Assembly: GCA_965112735.1 (NCBI GenBank)
Contig: OZ218961.1
Span: 744,001-808,000 of the forward strand
Direction of reading: 5' to 3'
Origin: Phaeosaccion multiseriatum
Lineage: Eukaryota; Protista; Ochrophyta, other classes
Length of the DNA stretch: 64,000 nucleotides
How positions within the stretch are numbered: the stretch's first letter is position 1; every line of letters starts with the position of its first letter. This document shows, piece after piece, positions 1-12,985 of the stretch. A model generated the notes under the pieces. It had not been told where the DNA came from, searched no databases, and saw nothing but the letters and a program-made list of their open reading frames with translations. Both the position numbers and the translations under genes were made by a program.

Positions 1-228
1 CCTCGTCGGGGGCGGGAGGAGGAGGTGGTGGTGGTGGCAACGGGGGGGGGGGGGGGAAGGAAGGGGGGGGTGATGACGACAATGCTGACATTGACGAGTC
101 TGTTGTTGCTGGGCCGAGAATGCGGATCATTGCTAAGCTGACTGAGGTACGTGCTTCCGAGAAGAAGGAAGGGGGGGGGGGGGGTCAGGAGCGAGAGGTC
201 TCTCTGTCTGTCTGTCTGTCTGTCTCTC

Positions 229-283
<55 letters not shown>

Positions 284-328
284 GTCTGTCTGTCTGTCTG
301 CCTGTCTGTCTCTCTGTCTGTCTCTCTC

Positions 329-375
<47 letters not shown>

Positions 376-406
376 ACCTGTCTGTCTGTCTGTCTGTCTG
401 TCTGCC

Positions 407-443
<37 letters not shown>

Positions 444-466
444 GCCTGTCTGTCTCTCTGTCTGTC

Positions 467-497
<31 letters not shown>

Positions 498-510
498 GTC
501 TGTCTGTCTA

Positions 511-575
<65 letters not shown>

Positions 576-620
576 GTCTGTCTGTCTGTCTGCCTGTCTG
601 TCTCTCTGTCTGTCTCTCTC

Positions 621-679
<59 letters not shown>

Positions 680-762
680 ACCTGTCTGTCTGTCTGTCTG
701 TCTGTCTGCCTGTCTGTCTGTCTCTCTGTCTGTCTGTCTGCCTGTCTGTCTCTCTGTCTGTC

Positions 763-833
<71 letters not shown>

Positions 834-952
834 GTCTGTCTGTCTGTCTGTCTGTCTGCCTGTCTGTCTGTCTGTCTGTCTGTCTGCCTGTCTGTCTCTC
901 TGTCTGTCTCTGTCTGTCTGTCTGTCTCTCTCTCTGTCTGTCTGTCTGTCTA

Positions 953-1013
<61 letters not shown>

Positions 1014-1058
1014 GTCTGTCTGTCTGTCTGCCTGTCTGTCTCTCTGTCTGTCTCTCTC

Positions 1059-1141
<83 letters not shown>

Positions 1142-1144
1142 GCC

Positions 1145-1177
<33 letters not shown>

Positions 1178-1200
1178 GCCTGTCTGTCTCTCTGTCTGTC

Positions 1201-1263
<63 letters not shown>

Positions 1264-1390
1264 GTCTGTCTATCTGTCTGTCTATCTGTCTGTCTGTCTG
1301 TCTGTCTGCCTGTCTGTTTGTCTACCTGTCTGTCTACCTGTCTGTCTCTCTGTCTGTCTGTCTGTCTCTCTGTCTGTCTGTCTGTCTGTG

Positions 1391-1429
<39 letters not shown>

Positions 1430-1506
1430 GTTTTCTCTCTGTCTGTCTGTCTCTCTCTCTGTCTGTCTGTCTGCCTGTCTGTCTGTCTGTCTCTCTCTCT
1501 GTCTGC

Positions 1507-1538
<32 letters not shown>

Positions 1539-2420
1539 GACTCTCTGTCTCTCTGTCTGTCTGTCTCTCTGTCTGTCTGTCTGGTAAAAATAATCTTTAT
1601 CCTCTGGTGGGTGGGGTGGGGGTGGCGCTTTTCGTATCATTTGTCTTGTGCAATTTTTATTCATATTCATGAAACTTACACAACACAACAGGCCCTGAAG
1701 GAGGGCGACAACTCGGAAACGGCCAGGCGTCTGTCCACTGCCATCGAGCTGCTGATGCACAAGACCTTCCAACAGGAGCCCCAGGGGGGTGGGGATAAGG
1801 CTTACAATGACAAGGCGCGCTCTCTGCTCTTTAACCTGAGGAAGAATGAGGTCCTCAGAAACCATGTGCTGGAGAGCAAGGTAGGGAGTTGGTGATACAG
1901 AGAGAGAGTGTGTGTGAGGGGAGGGAGGGAGGGAGGAAGGAAGGGAGGGGGTGGAGAGGGAGGGGGAGAGAGAGAATGGGAGGGAGAGGGACAGGGGACA
2001 GGAAGAGAGCCCGGGAGTGTTGTATTTCCTCCGTCTTGTGTGTGTGTGTGTGTGTGTGTTTTGCCCTTACTTGTATCAACTGTGCATCCGTCTTTGTTCC
2101 TCTCTCTCCCTCTTTCGCTCTGTCTCTCTTTCTTTATGTCTGCCTCTCTCTCACTTGCCACTCTCTCTCCCCCTCTCCCTCCCTCTCCTTCTCTTCCTCT
2201 CTCCCTCTCTTTCCCTCCGTATCTCTCTCCCTCTCTCCCCTCTCCCTCCCCCTCCCTCCCCCTCTCCCTCCCTCTCCATCAACAGGTAGCCCCTCTGGAG
2301 CTGGTGGGGATGAGCGATGAACAGCTCGCCACGAAGGAGCAGAGAGAGGCCGCAGAGGCAGACCGGAAGGAGGAGGTATGTTGTTGTTGCTGTGTGTGTG
2401 TGTGTGTGTGTGTGTGTGTT

Positions 2421-2458
<38 letters not shown>

Positions 2459-2976
2459 CGTTGTGTGTGCGCGTGTGTGCATGTGCGTGTATGCGTACGT
2501 CTCTCTGTGTGTGTGTTCATCATATTGAGTCGTTTCGGTTGCACGCCCGTATTCGCACACGCCCATCCAGTGCCATCTACGACCATCTACCACCATCCAC
2601 TACCATCCACCCCTTCACCTTCACCGACTGTGGTCCTCTGCTCACGTCGATCCACCGGCGCCCCCTCCCTCCCTCCCTCCTTCCCTCCCTCCCTCCCTCC
2701 ATCCATCCATCCCTCTCTCCCTCCTTCCCTCCCTGCCTCCCTCCCTCCCTCCCTCTCTCCCTCTCTCCCTCCCTCTCTCCCTCCCTCCAGTTCGATGCTC
2801 GGCGAGGAGACTACGCGTCCCTCACGGCCACAGATAACGGAATGTTTGCGTGCGAGCGGTGCCAGAGCCGCAAAACCATCTTCAGGCAGCTGCAGACGAG
2901 GTCGGCTGATGAGCCCATGACCACCATCATCACGTGTCTGGAGTGTCAGCACAGGTACACAAATGACGACCACTGA
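1..2976 (+). CDS. TFIIS: Transcription elongation factor S-II (TFIIS), 3' part; exons ..146, 1692-1880, 2286-2375, 2791-2976
   Basis: The spliced product has the TFIIS central domain ([30 protein letters not shown]) and the C-terminal Zn ribbon CERC...[20 protein letters not shown]. All junctions are canonical GT-AG, phase 0. The 5' end probably lies outside the window. Confidence 0.95.
200..1582. repeat. (TCTG)n/(TC)n compound microsatellite filling TFIIS intron 147-1691
   Basis: About 1.4 kb of TCTG units with TC, CCTG and TCTA interruptions. Confidence 0.98.
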
Positions 2977-4284
2977 GCAGACGCACAACTGCTGAACAGA
3001 CAGGTCACTGAGTAGACCACTAAGCAGATCACGGAACCGACCCCTTCACTCCCCACTGATGTTGTGGAACACAATTGAAGTGAGCAACAGGCCGACAGGC
3101 GGTCTGTCAGTCAGTCAGTCAGTCAGTCAGTCAGTCAGTCAGACAGACAGACATACCTGGTGTCAGGCAAGAGCCAGGCTGTCTGTCAGTCAATCAGTCA
3201 GACAGTCAGTACTTGGTGTCTGTCAGCGAGTCAGCTGCACACACACGGGGAGGTGAGGCTCCACATGGGGTATCGTGCTGCTTCAGCTTCTGTTCTGCTT
3301 GTGTTTTGCTTCTGTTCCCGATGACAAGCAGACCGAACGTGCAAAGAAGGTTGAAGGTTGCGTTTGCTGTGCTCAATGTTGTAGTGTGTCTTGACAGCTC
3401 TCTGTCAGCCCCTCACCTTGAAGAGTAAGGGTGCGGCTATGCCTCTTTGAAGAGGGGAGGGAGGAAGATGGGGGCGTGAATAAGTAGACAGATGATGGCT
3501 GAGGGTTGAGGAAGATGGACTCAAATTGATTTACCAAGTCACTCACTCGGAAGGGGTGGGTCAGATTCTTTGATTCTCTATTCGATGACACGATACTTAT
3601 CTATCCGGAGTAGCAGAGAAGATTTGGAGCTTTGGAGAGCCCTGTCCACACACTCACACACACACACACATGTGAGAGTTGAGAGTGAACAGAGGCGACC
3701 ACTTGCCGCCCTGCCCGGACACACACGGACGCAGGCAAGCAAGCACGCACGCACGCACGCACGCACGGTACCCACACCAACCGTTTCGGACTCTCTGACT
3801 CGCCAGGCAGCACAGATGGCACCAAATGGCACCCGAGGGGGCATAAAATGGACTCACTCGTCGACGCGACTCACATGCGGTGTCGCGCTGGGTGTGAGCA
3901 ATCGAGAGAGAGAGGGGGTGCGGATGAAACAGTCAGGGAGGGGGAAGGACTTGATCTTCGATATTGATCTTCGATGTGATCGAAAAAAGACTAGGAAGCC
4001 ATCTGTTGATGAATGTAGATCGAGGGCATTCGATGGCACCGGATTGAGAGGGAGTTGGCTGCCCTGCAGATTTTCTTTCATACGAATGTATTTACAATCA
4101 GTGGCCTGGTGGTTGAAGGCTTAAATATACTGACACTGAAAACCGCTGCTGCTGCTGCTGCTGCTGTATCACCAACTGCTCTGCTGCTCTGCTGTGCCGC
4201 GGCGTGTCCGTAGACGGAGCCTCCCCCCGTGACTTCCCTCTTGTGCTCCCCTCTTTTGAGAGGGACGAGCAGCACCACGCCTGC

Positions 4285-4360
4285 CTCAGTCTGACTCAGT
4301 TTGACTCAGTCTGACTCAGTTTGACTCAGTTTGACTCAGTCTCACTCAGTTTGACTCAGT
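4285..4360. repeat. 10-bp tandem repeat (TGACTCAGTY) x~7 overlapping the PIG-B stop codon
   Basis: Directly visible: ctgactcagt/ttgactcagt units. Confidence 0.9.
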
Positions 4361-4579
4361 CGGTCCAGCCCTCCAGCCTCCCTTCTGCCCCTCTCTTGTT
4401 TGAGAAGGATGATGCTCGAGGGAGAGTCCAGAGCATCCGAGTCCCCCGTCACATGGGTGTGGAACACTTCGCTCACCACCGAAAAGGAGCCAAAGGAAGG
4501 CGAACAATTAAGTCCCTCCCCCTCCCCCTCCCCCTCCCCCTCTACCCCCAACCCAACCAACTCCTCCTCCTCCTCCTGG

Positions 4580-4612
<33 letters not shown>

Positions 4613-5039
4613 ACCACCAACTGCTGCTGCTCTCGGCTGATGCTGTTGAGCGCCCCCAGCACTGCCTCGAGATGGCAGTCAAAGACCACAATGTAGTCCG
4701 GGAGGGGGGAGGAGAGCACTACATCGGCACCAGCGGTTTCATCGGCGTCGGCACCTGTTGCATCGGGGAAACCACCGCTGCTGTTGATGTTGCTGCTGCC
4801 GGTGGTGCCGCTGCCGCTACTTGTAGTGGTGTTGGTGCTGCTGCCGACCCTGTACAGCTGTTTAGAACGTATAAGAGGAGAGGCAAGAGGCAAGAGATGA
4901 GAGAGGAGAGCCCGGCGACAGAGAAAAGAAAAGAAAAGAAAAAAGGATGAGAGGGACGGGAGGGGAGGGGGGCAGGCAGGCACGAGGACATGCTGGCAGG
5001 GCAGGCAGCAGGAGCAGGGGTAAGAGGGTACTTGGAGCG

Positions 5040-5118
<79 letters not shown>

Positions 5119-6758
5119 GGGAAACAGAAACACGCGCGAATCCACACCTCCCCCCCCCGCCGCCTTCGGACCACTCACTTGACGCGTAAACCCCCCGGGG
5201 TCGGCGAGGAATTTATCGTGCTCGCTCTTTTCCGGTAACTGCCGCTGACTGAGGGAATGTGTGGGGAAGGAAAGAAGGAAAGAAGGAAGACATGCTGAGC
5301 AAGTGCAAGCGAACAAGAAGGGGGGTTCTGAAAGAACACTGGACAGAAAAGTTCCATGATACGACCGGGAGGTACACAGAGAGGGGCAGAGCGACAGAGA
5401 GAGACACGCAGAAGGAGAGAGAGAGAGGGAGAGAGAGAAGGAGAGAAAAAGAGAGATGGAGAGAGACAGACAGTCACAGAGAGAAAGATAGAGGGAGAGG
5501 GAGAGGGAGAGGGAGGGGGAGGGAGACAGAGAGAGGGAGAGAGAGAGCTGGTAGAGACAGAGCTGACTCACTGAGTCAGGGAAAGCAAAGCAAAGCCGGA
5601 GGAGGAGAGAGGGGCTATGCAAGAGGTGTATGGGTAGTGTACCTGGGGGAGCAATCGAGCGACCACAGGTCCAGCTCCAGGCCTCCCTTGACCCAAGCAA
5701 TGCCACCGCTGCTACTGCCCATATGACCGCTGCTGACGTGGGCGTGGCTGTACAGGGGTGTGGAGTGGCAGGGCATGAGAAAGTGTACCGCCACAGCACC
5801 ACCAGTAGCAGTTGGTGCTACAGCAGAAGCACCAGCAGCATTGCTAGCCGCACCACAAGCAGCAGAGTCCCCCACGCCACCACCTGCTGCTGTATCACCA
5901 ACTGCTGCTGCTGCTGCTACTGCCGCCGCCGAGAAGCATCTTTCCTCCTCCTGCTTGTCGTGTTGCTGTATCACCAACTGCTGCTGCTGCCGTATCACCA
6001 ACTCGTGCCTCAGGCTGGCCATAATCGCCAGAGGGCCTCGCTGATGAACAAAGCCGAGGTAGAGCCCCAAGGGAGCGTGCGCAATCAGTACAAGAAGAGC
6101 CACCGCGGCCGCCCCTGTCCGTGATCCACCACCGTGGGCTGCCATCTGACGCCGCCCCTTCCGTTGCCTGTGACCCACGCTATACTTGTCCTCTTTCTGC
6201 TCTTTCTGTTGCTCATTCTTGTGCTCAAGTTCATCCCCATCTTGCTGGTCTTGCTGGTCTTCCGTCTGTATCACCAACTGCTGTACATGTGGACCTTTCC
6301 TCCTCCTCAAGGTCATACCATGACGCCGCTCACCAGCCTGCTGCCCTTCTCCCTGCCGCTGCTGTATCACCAACTGCTGCTGCTCCTCCTCCTCCTTCTT
6401 CTTCTTCTTCTTCTCCTCGTCCTCGTCATCGCCAAGTGGCATGTCCTCCACCCCCTGACCCCCTTGGCTATGCTGCTCCTGTATCACCAACTGCTGCTGC
6501 TGCTGCTGCTGCTGCTGTACCACCAATTGTCGTCCCTGTAGCCACTCTGCAAGCGTCTGCCCCGCAAGTACATGCAGGAGAGGAAGTGTGGGCAGGAGGA
6601 AGCGAAACTCCTTGTGGAGGCTGACGCTGTGCACCAGTAGAAACCACAGCACCAGGCCAGACAAGCGCCGCTGGGCGGTGATCATGGCGGTGGTCCTCGC
6701 CTCAGCTGCATTGGTCCTACTACTACTGCTACTACTTCCACTACTACTACTACTATTC

Positions 6759-6794
<36 letters not shown>

Positions 6795-7210
6795 GGGCCA
6801 CTACTCTTCGTTGTACTGCTTCTTCTCCTCCACGGCTCCGCCAAAGTCCACAGCACAAGAGGGAAGGAGCCCCCACAAATGGCAGGGAGACCCTGAGGTG
6901 CACAAGTAGGTTAAGTGAGGGAGGAGGAGGGAGGGAAAGAGGAAGGGACATAGCTACGTAAGACTTCGGTGTGAGTACGTAAGATTTGGGCCCACTGACA
7001 CACCTGCGTGAAGTTCCAATGCCACGCTTGGACCCCAAAGATGGCACTGCCCCCCTGGAGCACGTTGAAGCGGACAAAGCGCAGAGGCACCAGCACCAGA
7101 GGCCGCCCCAGGAGCGGTACAAGCTCCGACATCATCCGACCAGGCACACACCCCAGCCACGGCAGCCATGACCAAAGCCCCCCCCCCTCTTCTCGTTGGC
7201 CCTCCACGCC

Positions 7211-7243
<33 letters not shown>

Positions 7244-9044
7244 GCCAAGGAGCACGCAACAATCGAAACTAAAACTGCTGCCACTGATGCTGCTGCTGCC
7301 ACTGCCATTGCCACCAACACCAACATCCGTACATTCACAGCCTTCTCCTGCGGACAGGTGGTGGTAGATGAAACTGTCAAGCAGTACGGAGAGACCCAAC
7401 ACCGTGCCCACAGTGGGAAGGACCACCGTCAAGAGGTATCTGGGCCAGGCTCGTGGGGGTAAACCGGCCAGCACAAGGAGGCCTACCACCATCTGGACGA
7501 GAGGCGTTACAGAAAAGAGGGGAGAGCGCCGGGGGGGGGGGGCGGTGGGGAGAGCAGGAGGTGGGGAACAGAGGTGTCAGAGAGGGAAGGGAGGGGGTGG
7601 GGGAGCTCAACTACGAGCCATAGCAAAAATGAAATTAAAACTAAACTTAACTTCCCTTTCCCCCTTCCTTCCCTATTACTCACCCAGAGAGCGGCGCTCG
7701 TGGGTCGGATCGCCACGCAGAAAGCCGCCACAAGAAGGCCCGAAACCTCCCTCACGCCCCCGAAACTGAACCCTCCTGTTGCGTCACTACTGCCAGTGCC
7801 ACTATGGGCAGGAGCACGTGCTGCCACCGCCGCTGCTGGCGCTGCCCCCCAGCTTGGAAACCAGAGACACAGAGCGATGACGACGAGAGACGCCTCGGCT
7901 GAGTTGCTGTATGGACGGCATAGGCAGTACCAATTGAACCAATTCGTTAGCTGCAAGAAGAGCGTCCATTGGGCTGCATCCCATCCGGAGGGCGCTGTCA
8001 TCATCGTCATCATCCTCATCATCTTCGTCTTTGTCATCATCATCATCTTCATCATCATCATCATCATCATCTTCGTCTTCATCATCGTCACAGCTCCATT
8101 CCCGTGAGACCTTTCGGGGGTGCTAGCGTAGGGGTGAGACGATCCAGCAGCAGCAGCAGTAGTAGTAGTAGCAGTTGGTGACACAGCAGAATCGGAGAAG
8201 ACTGCTCTGGCGAGTGCATGGGTGCACCAGTCTCCCACGCCTGCCAAGACGGCCTGAAGCAGTTTTGGGGCATTGGCGACGGCCCAGCCACTGTCCAGGC
8301 CTGCCACAGCGAGTGCCCTGATCAACGCAAAGAGGGAGATGAGGCAGGAGGGGGGGGGGGGGGCAGGGAGACAGGCACGCAGGCAGGCAGCCAGCCAGGC
8401 AGACAGACAGACAGGGAGGCAAGCAGGCAGGCAGGGAAGAAGGAAGGCAGGCAGACGGATCATCAGAATGAGGATGGGAGGCAGGAGTATCGCACTCATT
8501 CACATCATTTGCGATGAGGTCGATGGAGATCAACGTCAGTTGCAGCCATGGCTTCGGTACTCACTCAGTGACTCACTTGTAGAGAGCGGCGAACACCAGA
8601 GGGTGTGTGAATCCTCGGATTTGGGCTTCTTCCTGCCATTCCCAAGTCCTGCCAAAACGTAGGGCGTAGACGGGAACGGGGAACAGAGAACGTGGGTGTG
8701 CGGTCTAAGGTTGGGAGACAGAGGATGAAGGCAGGGGTGGGAGGGCAGACGAATAAGGCAAACGAAAGAAAAGGGAGGAGGGCAGGCCTTGGAAAGTGAA
8801 TACACGTGCAGCTTCTGTATAGCAGGCTTCTTACTCACAGATGACCCTGGCCGAAGGCCAGTCGGTGCGCCACCTCCGGACCTTGCCAGAACTCGTCAGG
8901 GGTGAAGTAGGTGCAGACGAGCAGCGCGTTGAGAAGGCGGAACAGGATCAGCCACGGCAAGAGCGCCAAGCACGTGCTGCTGTTGCTGCTGCTGCGCTGC
9001 CATCCACCTGGATTCTCATCGCCGCCTGCCTCTCTCTTCATCAT
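4342..9044 (-). CDS. PIGB: GPI mannosyltransferase 3 (PIG-B/Gpi10, GT22 family); exons approx. 9044-8839, 8648-8577, 8317-7684, 7492-7004, 6892-5643, ~5244-5179, ~4865-4342
   Basis: Motifs FRLLNALLVCTYFTPDEFWQGPEVAH, GHLTWEW, RGFTHPL, RPYSNSAE, IRPT, RFNV, HKEFRFLLP, HQRG, FLMPCHSTPLYSH, LDCSP. GT-AG junctions keep the frame. The last two exon boundaries are approximate. Confidence 0.93.
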
Positions 9045-9422
9045 TTCTGGATTCCTGGAGGTGGTGATGTCCGAGTTTTACTATTAGGCAGCGGGCTTTA
9101 CTATTAGGCATTGCGGATGGCACCAGAGGGGGAGAAGGGGGGGTGAACAACAAATAAAAAACGAACAGAACAAGCTGCTGCTGCGGCCCTACTGCTACTA
9201 CTGCGACTTCTTTTTCCTACGGATCGTCGATTTGCGCCGTTTCGCTTGACGGAGTCCTTCACGACAAGACGGAAACACAGCTCTCTCCTTCTCCACACTG
9301 TGACTGTCCAACCTACTCCTCTTCTGTGCCCCTCGTGTGTACGTGTGTGTGTGAGTGTGCGTGTGTGCGCGTGCGTGCGTGCGTGCGTGCGTGCGTACGT
9401 GTGCGCGTGCGTGAGGGTATCC

Positions 9423-10866
9423 TCAACGCTGCTCCATTCCGATGTACGCCTGCGCCTCTATTCGGAAACCCTCCTCCTCCTCCTTCTCCTCCTCCTCCTC
9501 CTCCTCCTCCTCCTCCTCCTCCTCCTCCTCCTCCTCCTCCTCCTCCTCCTCTGTCTCTTCCTCCTCCTCTGTCTCTTTCTCCTCCTCCTCTCCCTCCTTC
9601 CCCATCCCCTCCACCCCCTCCTCCGTTCTTTCCTCTCCGCCCTGCTCATGCACATCCCACAGATGGTGTCGCAAACAGGGTTCATTCCCATCTCCGTCTT
9701 CTTTCTCCTCCTCCCCCCCTTCTTCCTCCTCCTCCTCCTCCTCCTCCTCCTCCTCCTCCTCCTCTTCCTCCTCCTCCGTCTCCTCCTCCTCCTCCTCCTC
9801 CTGATGCTGCCCCGCCCCCTGCTCTTCTTGCCGCCACTGGTGCTGCTGCCCCTCCTTCTTCTCCTCCTCCTCCTCCTGCTCCTCCTCCTCCTCCTCCTCC
9901 TCCTCCTCCTCCTCCTCCTCCGTCTCCTCCTCCTCCTCCTCCTCCTCCTCCTCCTCCTCCTCCTCCTCTTCTTCCTCCTCCGTCTCCTCCTCCTCCTCCT
10001 CCTCCTCCTCCTGATCCTGCCCCGCCCCCTGCTCTTCTTGCCGCCACTGCTGCTGCTGCCCCTCCTTCTTCTCCTCCTCCTCCTCCTCCTCCTCTTCCTC
10101 CTCTTCCTCCTCCTCCGTCTCCTCCTCCTCCTCCTCCTCCTCCTCCTGATCTTGCCCCGCCCCCTGCTCTTCTTGCCGCCACTGCTGCTGCTGCCCCTCC
10201 TTCTTCTCCTCCTCTTCCGTCTCCTCCTCTTCCTCCTCCTCCATCTCCTCCTCCTCCTCCTCCTCCTCCTCCTCCTCCTCCTCCTCCTCCTCCTCCTCCT
10301 CCTCCTCCTCCTCCTGATCCTGCCCCGCCCCCTGCTCTTCTTGCCGCCACTGCTGCTGCTGCCCCTCCGTCTTCTCCTCCTCCTCCTCCTCCTCCTGCCA
10401 CTGTCGCTGCTCCACCTCCTCCGTCTCCGTATTCTCCTTCTTCTTCCTCTCCTCCTCTTCCTCCTCCTCCTCCTCCTCCTCCTCCTCCTCCTCCTCCTCC
10501 TCTTCCTCCTCTACCGTCTCCTCCTCTTCCTCCTCGTGACGAACAAGGCCCCAATTGGTGCTGCCAAGCCAGCCAGCACCAAGGAGGTCCGAATTATCAT
10601 CACTCGTGCACCGCGCCTGCAGCAAAGGGTATGACGCAGAGCTCGTGCTATCACACAACCCGCTCGCTCCTGTCTCAGTTTCCGCGTCGTCACCCCTGGG
10701 GCTGGCGCAGACGTTTCGGGTCGTACGCGCCTGGGCGCGGGTAGAGTCGTCACAAGCACGGGCATCGCCACAACCACCAAGGTCGCGTCCGGGGCCTCCT
10801 CCTCCGGCTGCTGCTCCAGCTGCTCCTGGTGGTGGCGGTGCTGTTGCTCCTGTTGCTCCTGTTGCC

Positions 10867-10901
<35 letters not shown>

Positions 10902-11810
10902 TGTTGATGCCATTCCCATACCGTTGTCGACAGCAGGCTCAGTCTCTCCGTCGCGAGCTTCTGAATACAACGGGGGACTGCTCGAGAAGGCCTCCTCCCC
11001 TGCACCAGCAGTGATAGCAGCAGGCTCAAAGCGGAACGCGGAGCCGGCCGCCTCTCTAACTGCTTGCTTGTCTTGTGGCTCAGTCATGTTCGCCCTCTCC
11101 CACTCCTCGGCTTCCTCCTTCTCTCTCCTGTCTTCCTCGTCCCATTTCCTTTGCTCCTCTTCACGAGCCCTGTCGTCCTGTTGCTGACTCTCCTCCAACA
11201 GCATCTTCTCCTTTCGCCGCAGCCTCTTTCTCTTTCTCCTCATCTTTCTCTCTTCGGCCTCGCTCTCACTGACCCCCCGCTTCTCCGCTGCACGGGCCCT
11301 TCTTCTGTCCCTGCGACTCGCTCTCACCTCCTCCGCCTCGTCCTCTGCGTCCCCCTCGTCCCCCTCCTCTTCCTCCTCTACATCCGCTTCCCCCCCTTTC
11401 TTCTTCTTCCTCTTCTTCTTCCTCTTCTTCTGTCTTTTCTTTTCCCTTTTCTTCTCCCGTTCCTTCTTCTCCTTCTCCTTCCTCTCTTCTTCCTCCCTCT
11501 TGTCTTCGGCTTCACCTATGCTGATCAGCCTCCCCTGTAGCTCTTTGGCCAGCTTCTCTCGGTTGAGAAAGGATGCGTCCAGCTTGAGAATGTCGAGGCA
11601 CTGCTTCTGGAAAGCAGGGGTGCCCACGACCACCATGGACGAAAAGCACCTCCCCAGTATCTCAATGCAATCATCGTAGTACTTCTCATCCTTGCTCCTG
11701 CTGTCCTTCTTGTTTGCCTTGGCGACACAATGTCGGGCGCGGGGAGGTTGCTGCGCCTGCTGCTCCTGCTGCTCCTGCTGCTCAGAGCCGCCACCCCTCG
11801 CCTGCGACAT
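9423..11810 (-). CDS. Hypothetical Glu/Lys/Arg-rich low-complexity protein (single ORF, ~795 aa)
   Basis: Long open frame with a non-repetitive N-terminal segment (YYDDCIEILGRCFSSMVVVGTPAFQKQCLDILKLD), charged coiled-coil-like stretches and poly-E repeats. No recognisable domain. The frame in the repeat half is uncertain. Confidence 0.5.
9470..10535. repeat. (CCT)n tracts with four copies of a ~60-bp anchor (CCTGATCCTGCCCCGCCCCCTGCTCTTCTTGCCGCCACTG...)
   Basis: Anchor copies near 9800, 10010, 10146 and 10313, separated by variable-length CCT runs. Confidence 0.9.
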
Positions 11811-12576
11811 GGGAGCCTCTGCACAGGAAGCGCCCGGAGATCTCTGGATATGAAGGCTGAGCGGAGCTGACCAGCGGAGGCTGAGCGGAAGGCCGGTGGC
11901 GGGAGAAGAGCAGCAAAACACAGGGAGGAGATAAAAGAAAAGAAAAGAGAAGAGACTGTGGCCCCCGGTCCTCTACAGACAATGGACAAGAGAACAAAAT
12001 GAAGGTACCTAGTGTTGCGCTCGACCTCTTCAATCCGTCCCTTCTCTAAAACAAGAAGAGAGAGAGGGGCCGCGCGCGCCAAAATTCGTTGACTTCTGGC
12101 TAACGAACGACGACGAGCCTCAGGCCTCAGAGGGGGTCAAAATACAAAAGAATGTACTTCGTACGTTGTAGTATGTACAAGAAGAAAAAGAAGAAATGAG
12201 GCTGAATGTGCTTTTATATCGTATCGATGGGCAAAGGTAACCCCTCGCGGTGACCGTTCTCCCCGATACTCTTCCAAGCCCTACTTGATCTACCTTGCTG
12301 ACGATAGGGCCCTTTTACTGTTCGTTCGTACCTGACTAACGACCTAGCGCACTCTAGTGCTCTACTCCAGCACCCCCCAGCCACTTCTATCTCACCTTCT
12401 TTACTACCCTGTTATCTTACTACCCAGCTGCTTCGTAGACATTGCTGTCTTTACTACTCAGCTACTACCTTGTGCTACTACCGTTATCCGCACGGTGGGG
12501 TGAGCGAAAGGAAGCGCGGGCTCCACGCTCCTCTGTCCCCCCTCACCTTCATTGACGCAGGCAGCGGCTGAAGCGC

Positions 12577-12985
12577 CGATCCATCAAGTCAATGAATGTG
12601 TGAACACCTTTCCCTCCCTCCCTACACCGATCCATCAAGTCAATGAATGTGTGAACACCTTTCCCTCCCTCCCTACACCGATCCATCAAGTCAATGAATG
12701 TGTGAACACCTTTCCCTCCCTCCCTACACCGATCCATCAAGTCAATGAATGTGTGAACACCTTTCCCTCCCTCCCTACACCGATCCATCAAGTCAATGAA
12801 TGTGTGAACACCTTTCCCTCCCTCCCTACACCGATCCATCAAGTCAATGAATGTGTGAACACCTTTCCCTCCCTCCCTACACCGATCCATCAAGTCAACG
12901 AATGTGTGAACACCTTTCCCTCCCTCCCTACACCGATCCATCAAGTCAACGAATGTGTGAACACCTTTCCCTCCCTCCCTACACC
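12577..12985. repeat. 51-bp minisatellite x8
   Basis: Unit CGATCCATCAAGTCAATGAATGTGTGAACACCTTTCCCTCCCTCCCTACAC, head-to-tail with no spacers. The last two copies share a T>C change. Confidence 0.95.

Noticed and set aside
120-1895. 591-aa, 478-aa and 395-aa SVCL/QTDR repeat ORFs
   Set aside because: These are translations of an intronic (TCTG)n tract bounded by GT (147) and AG (1691).
9246-10744. Extensin/formin-like poly-Pro and poly-Leu ORFs on the plus strand
   Set aside because: Antisense shadows of a (CCT)n tract with no domain content.
12090-12540. Possible solo LTR or ncRNA in non-repetitive intergenic DNA
   Set aside because: No TG...CA inverted ends, TSD or recognisable RNA motif.
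12577-12985. CRISPR array
   Set aside because: Units are contiguous with no unique spacers; the context is eukaryotic and there are no cas genes.
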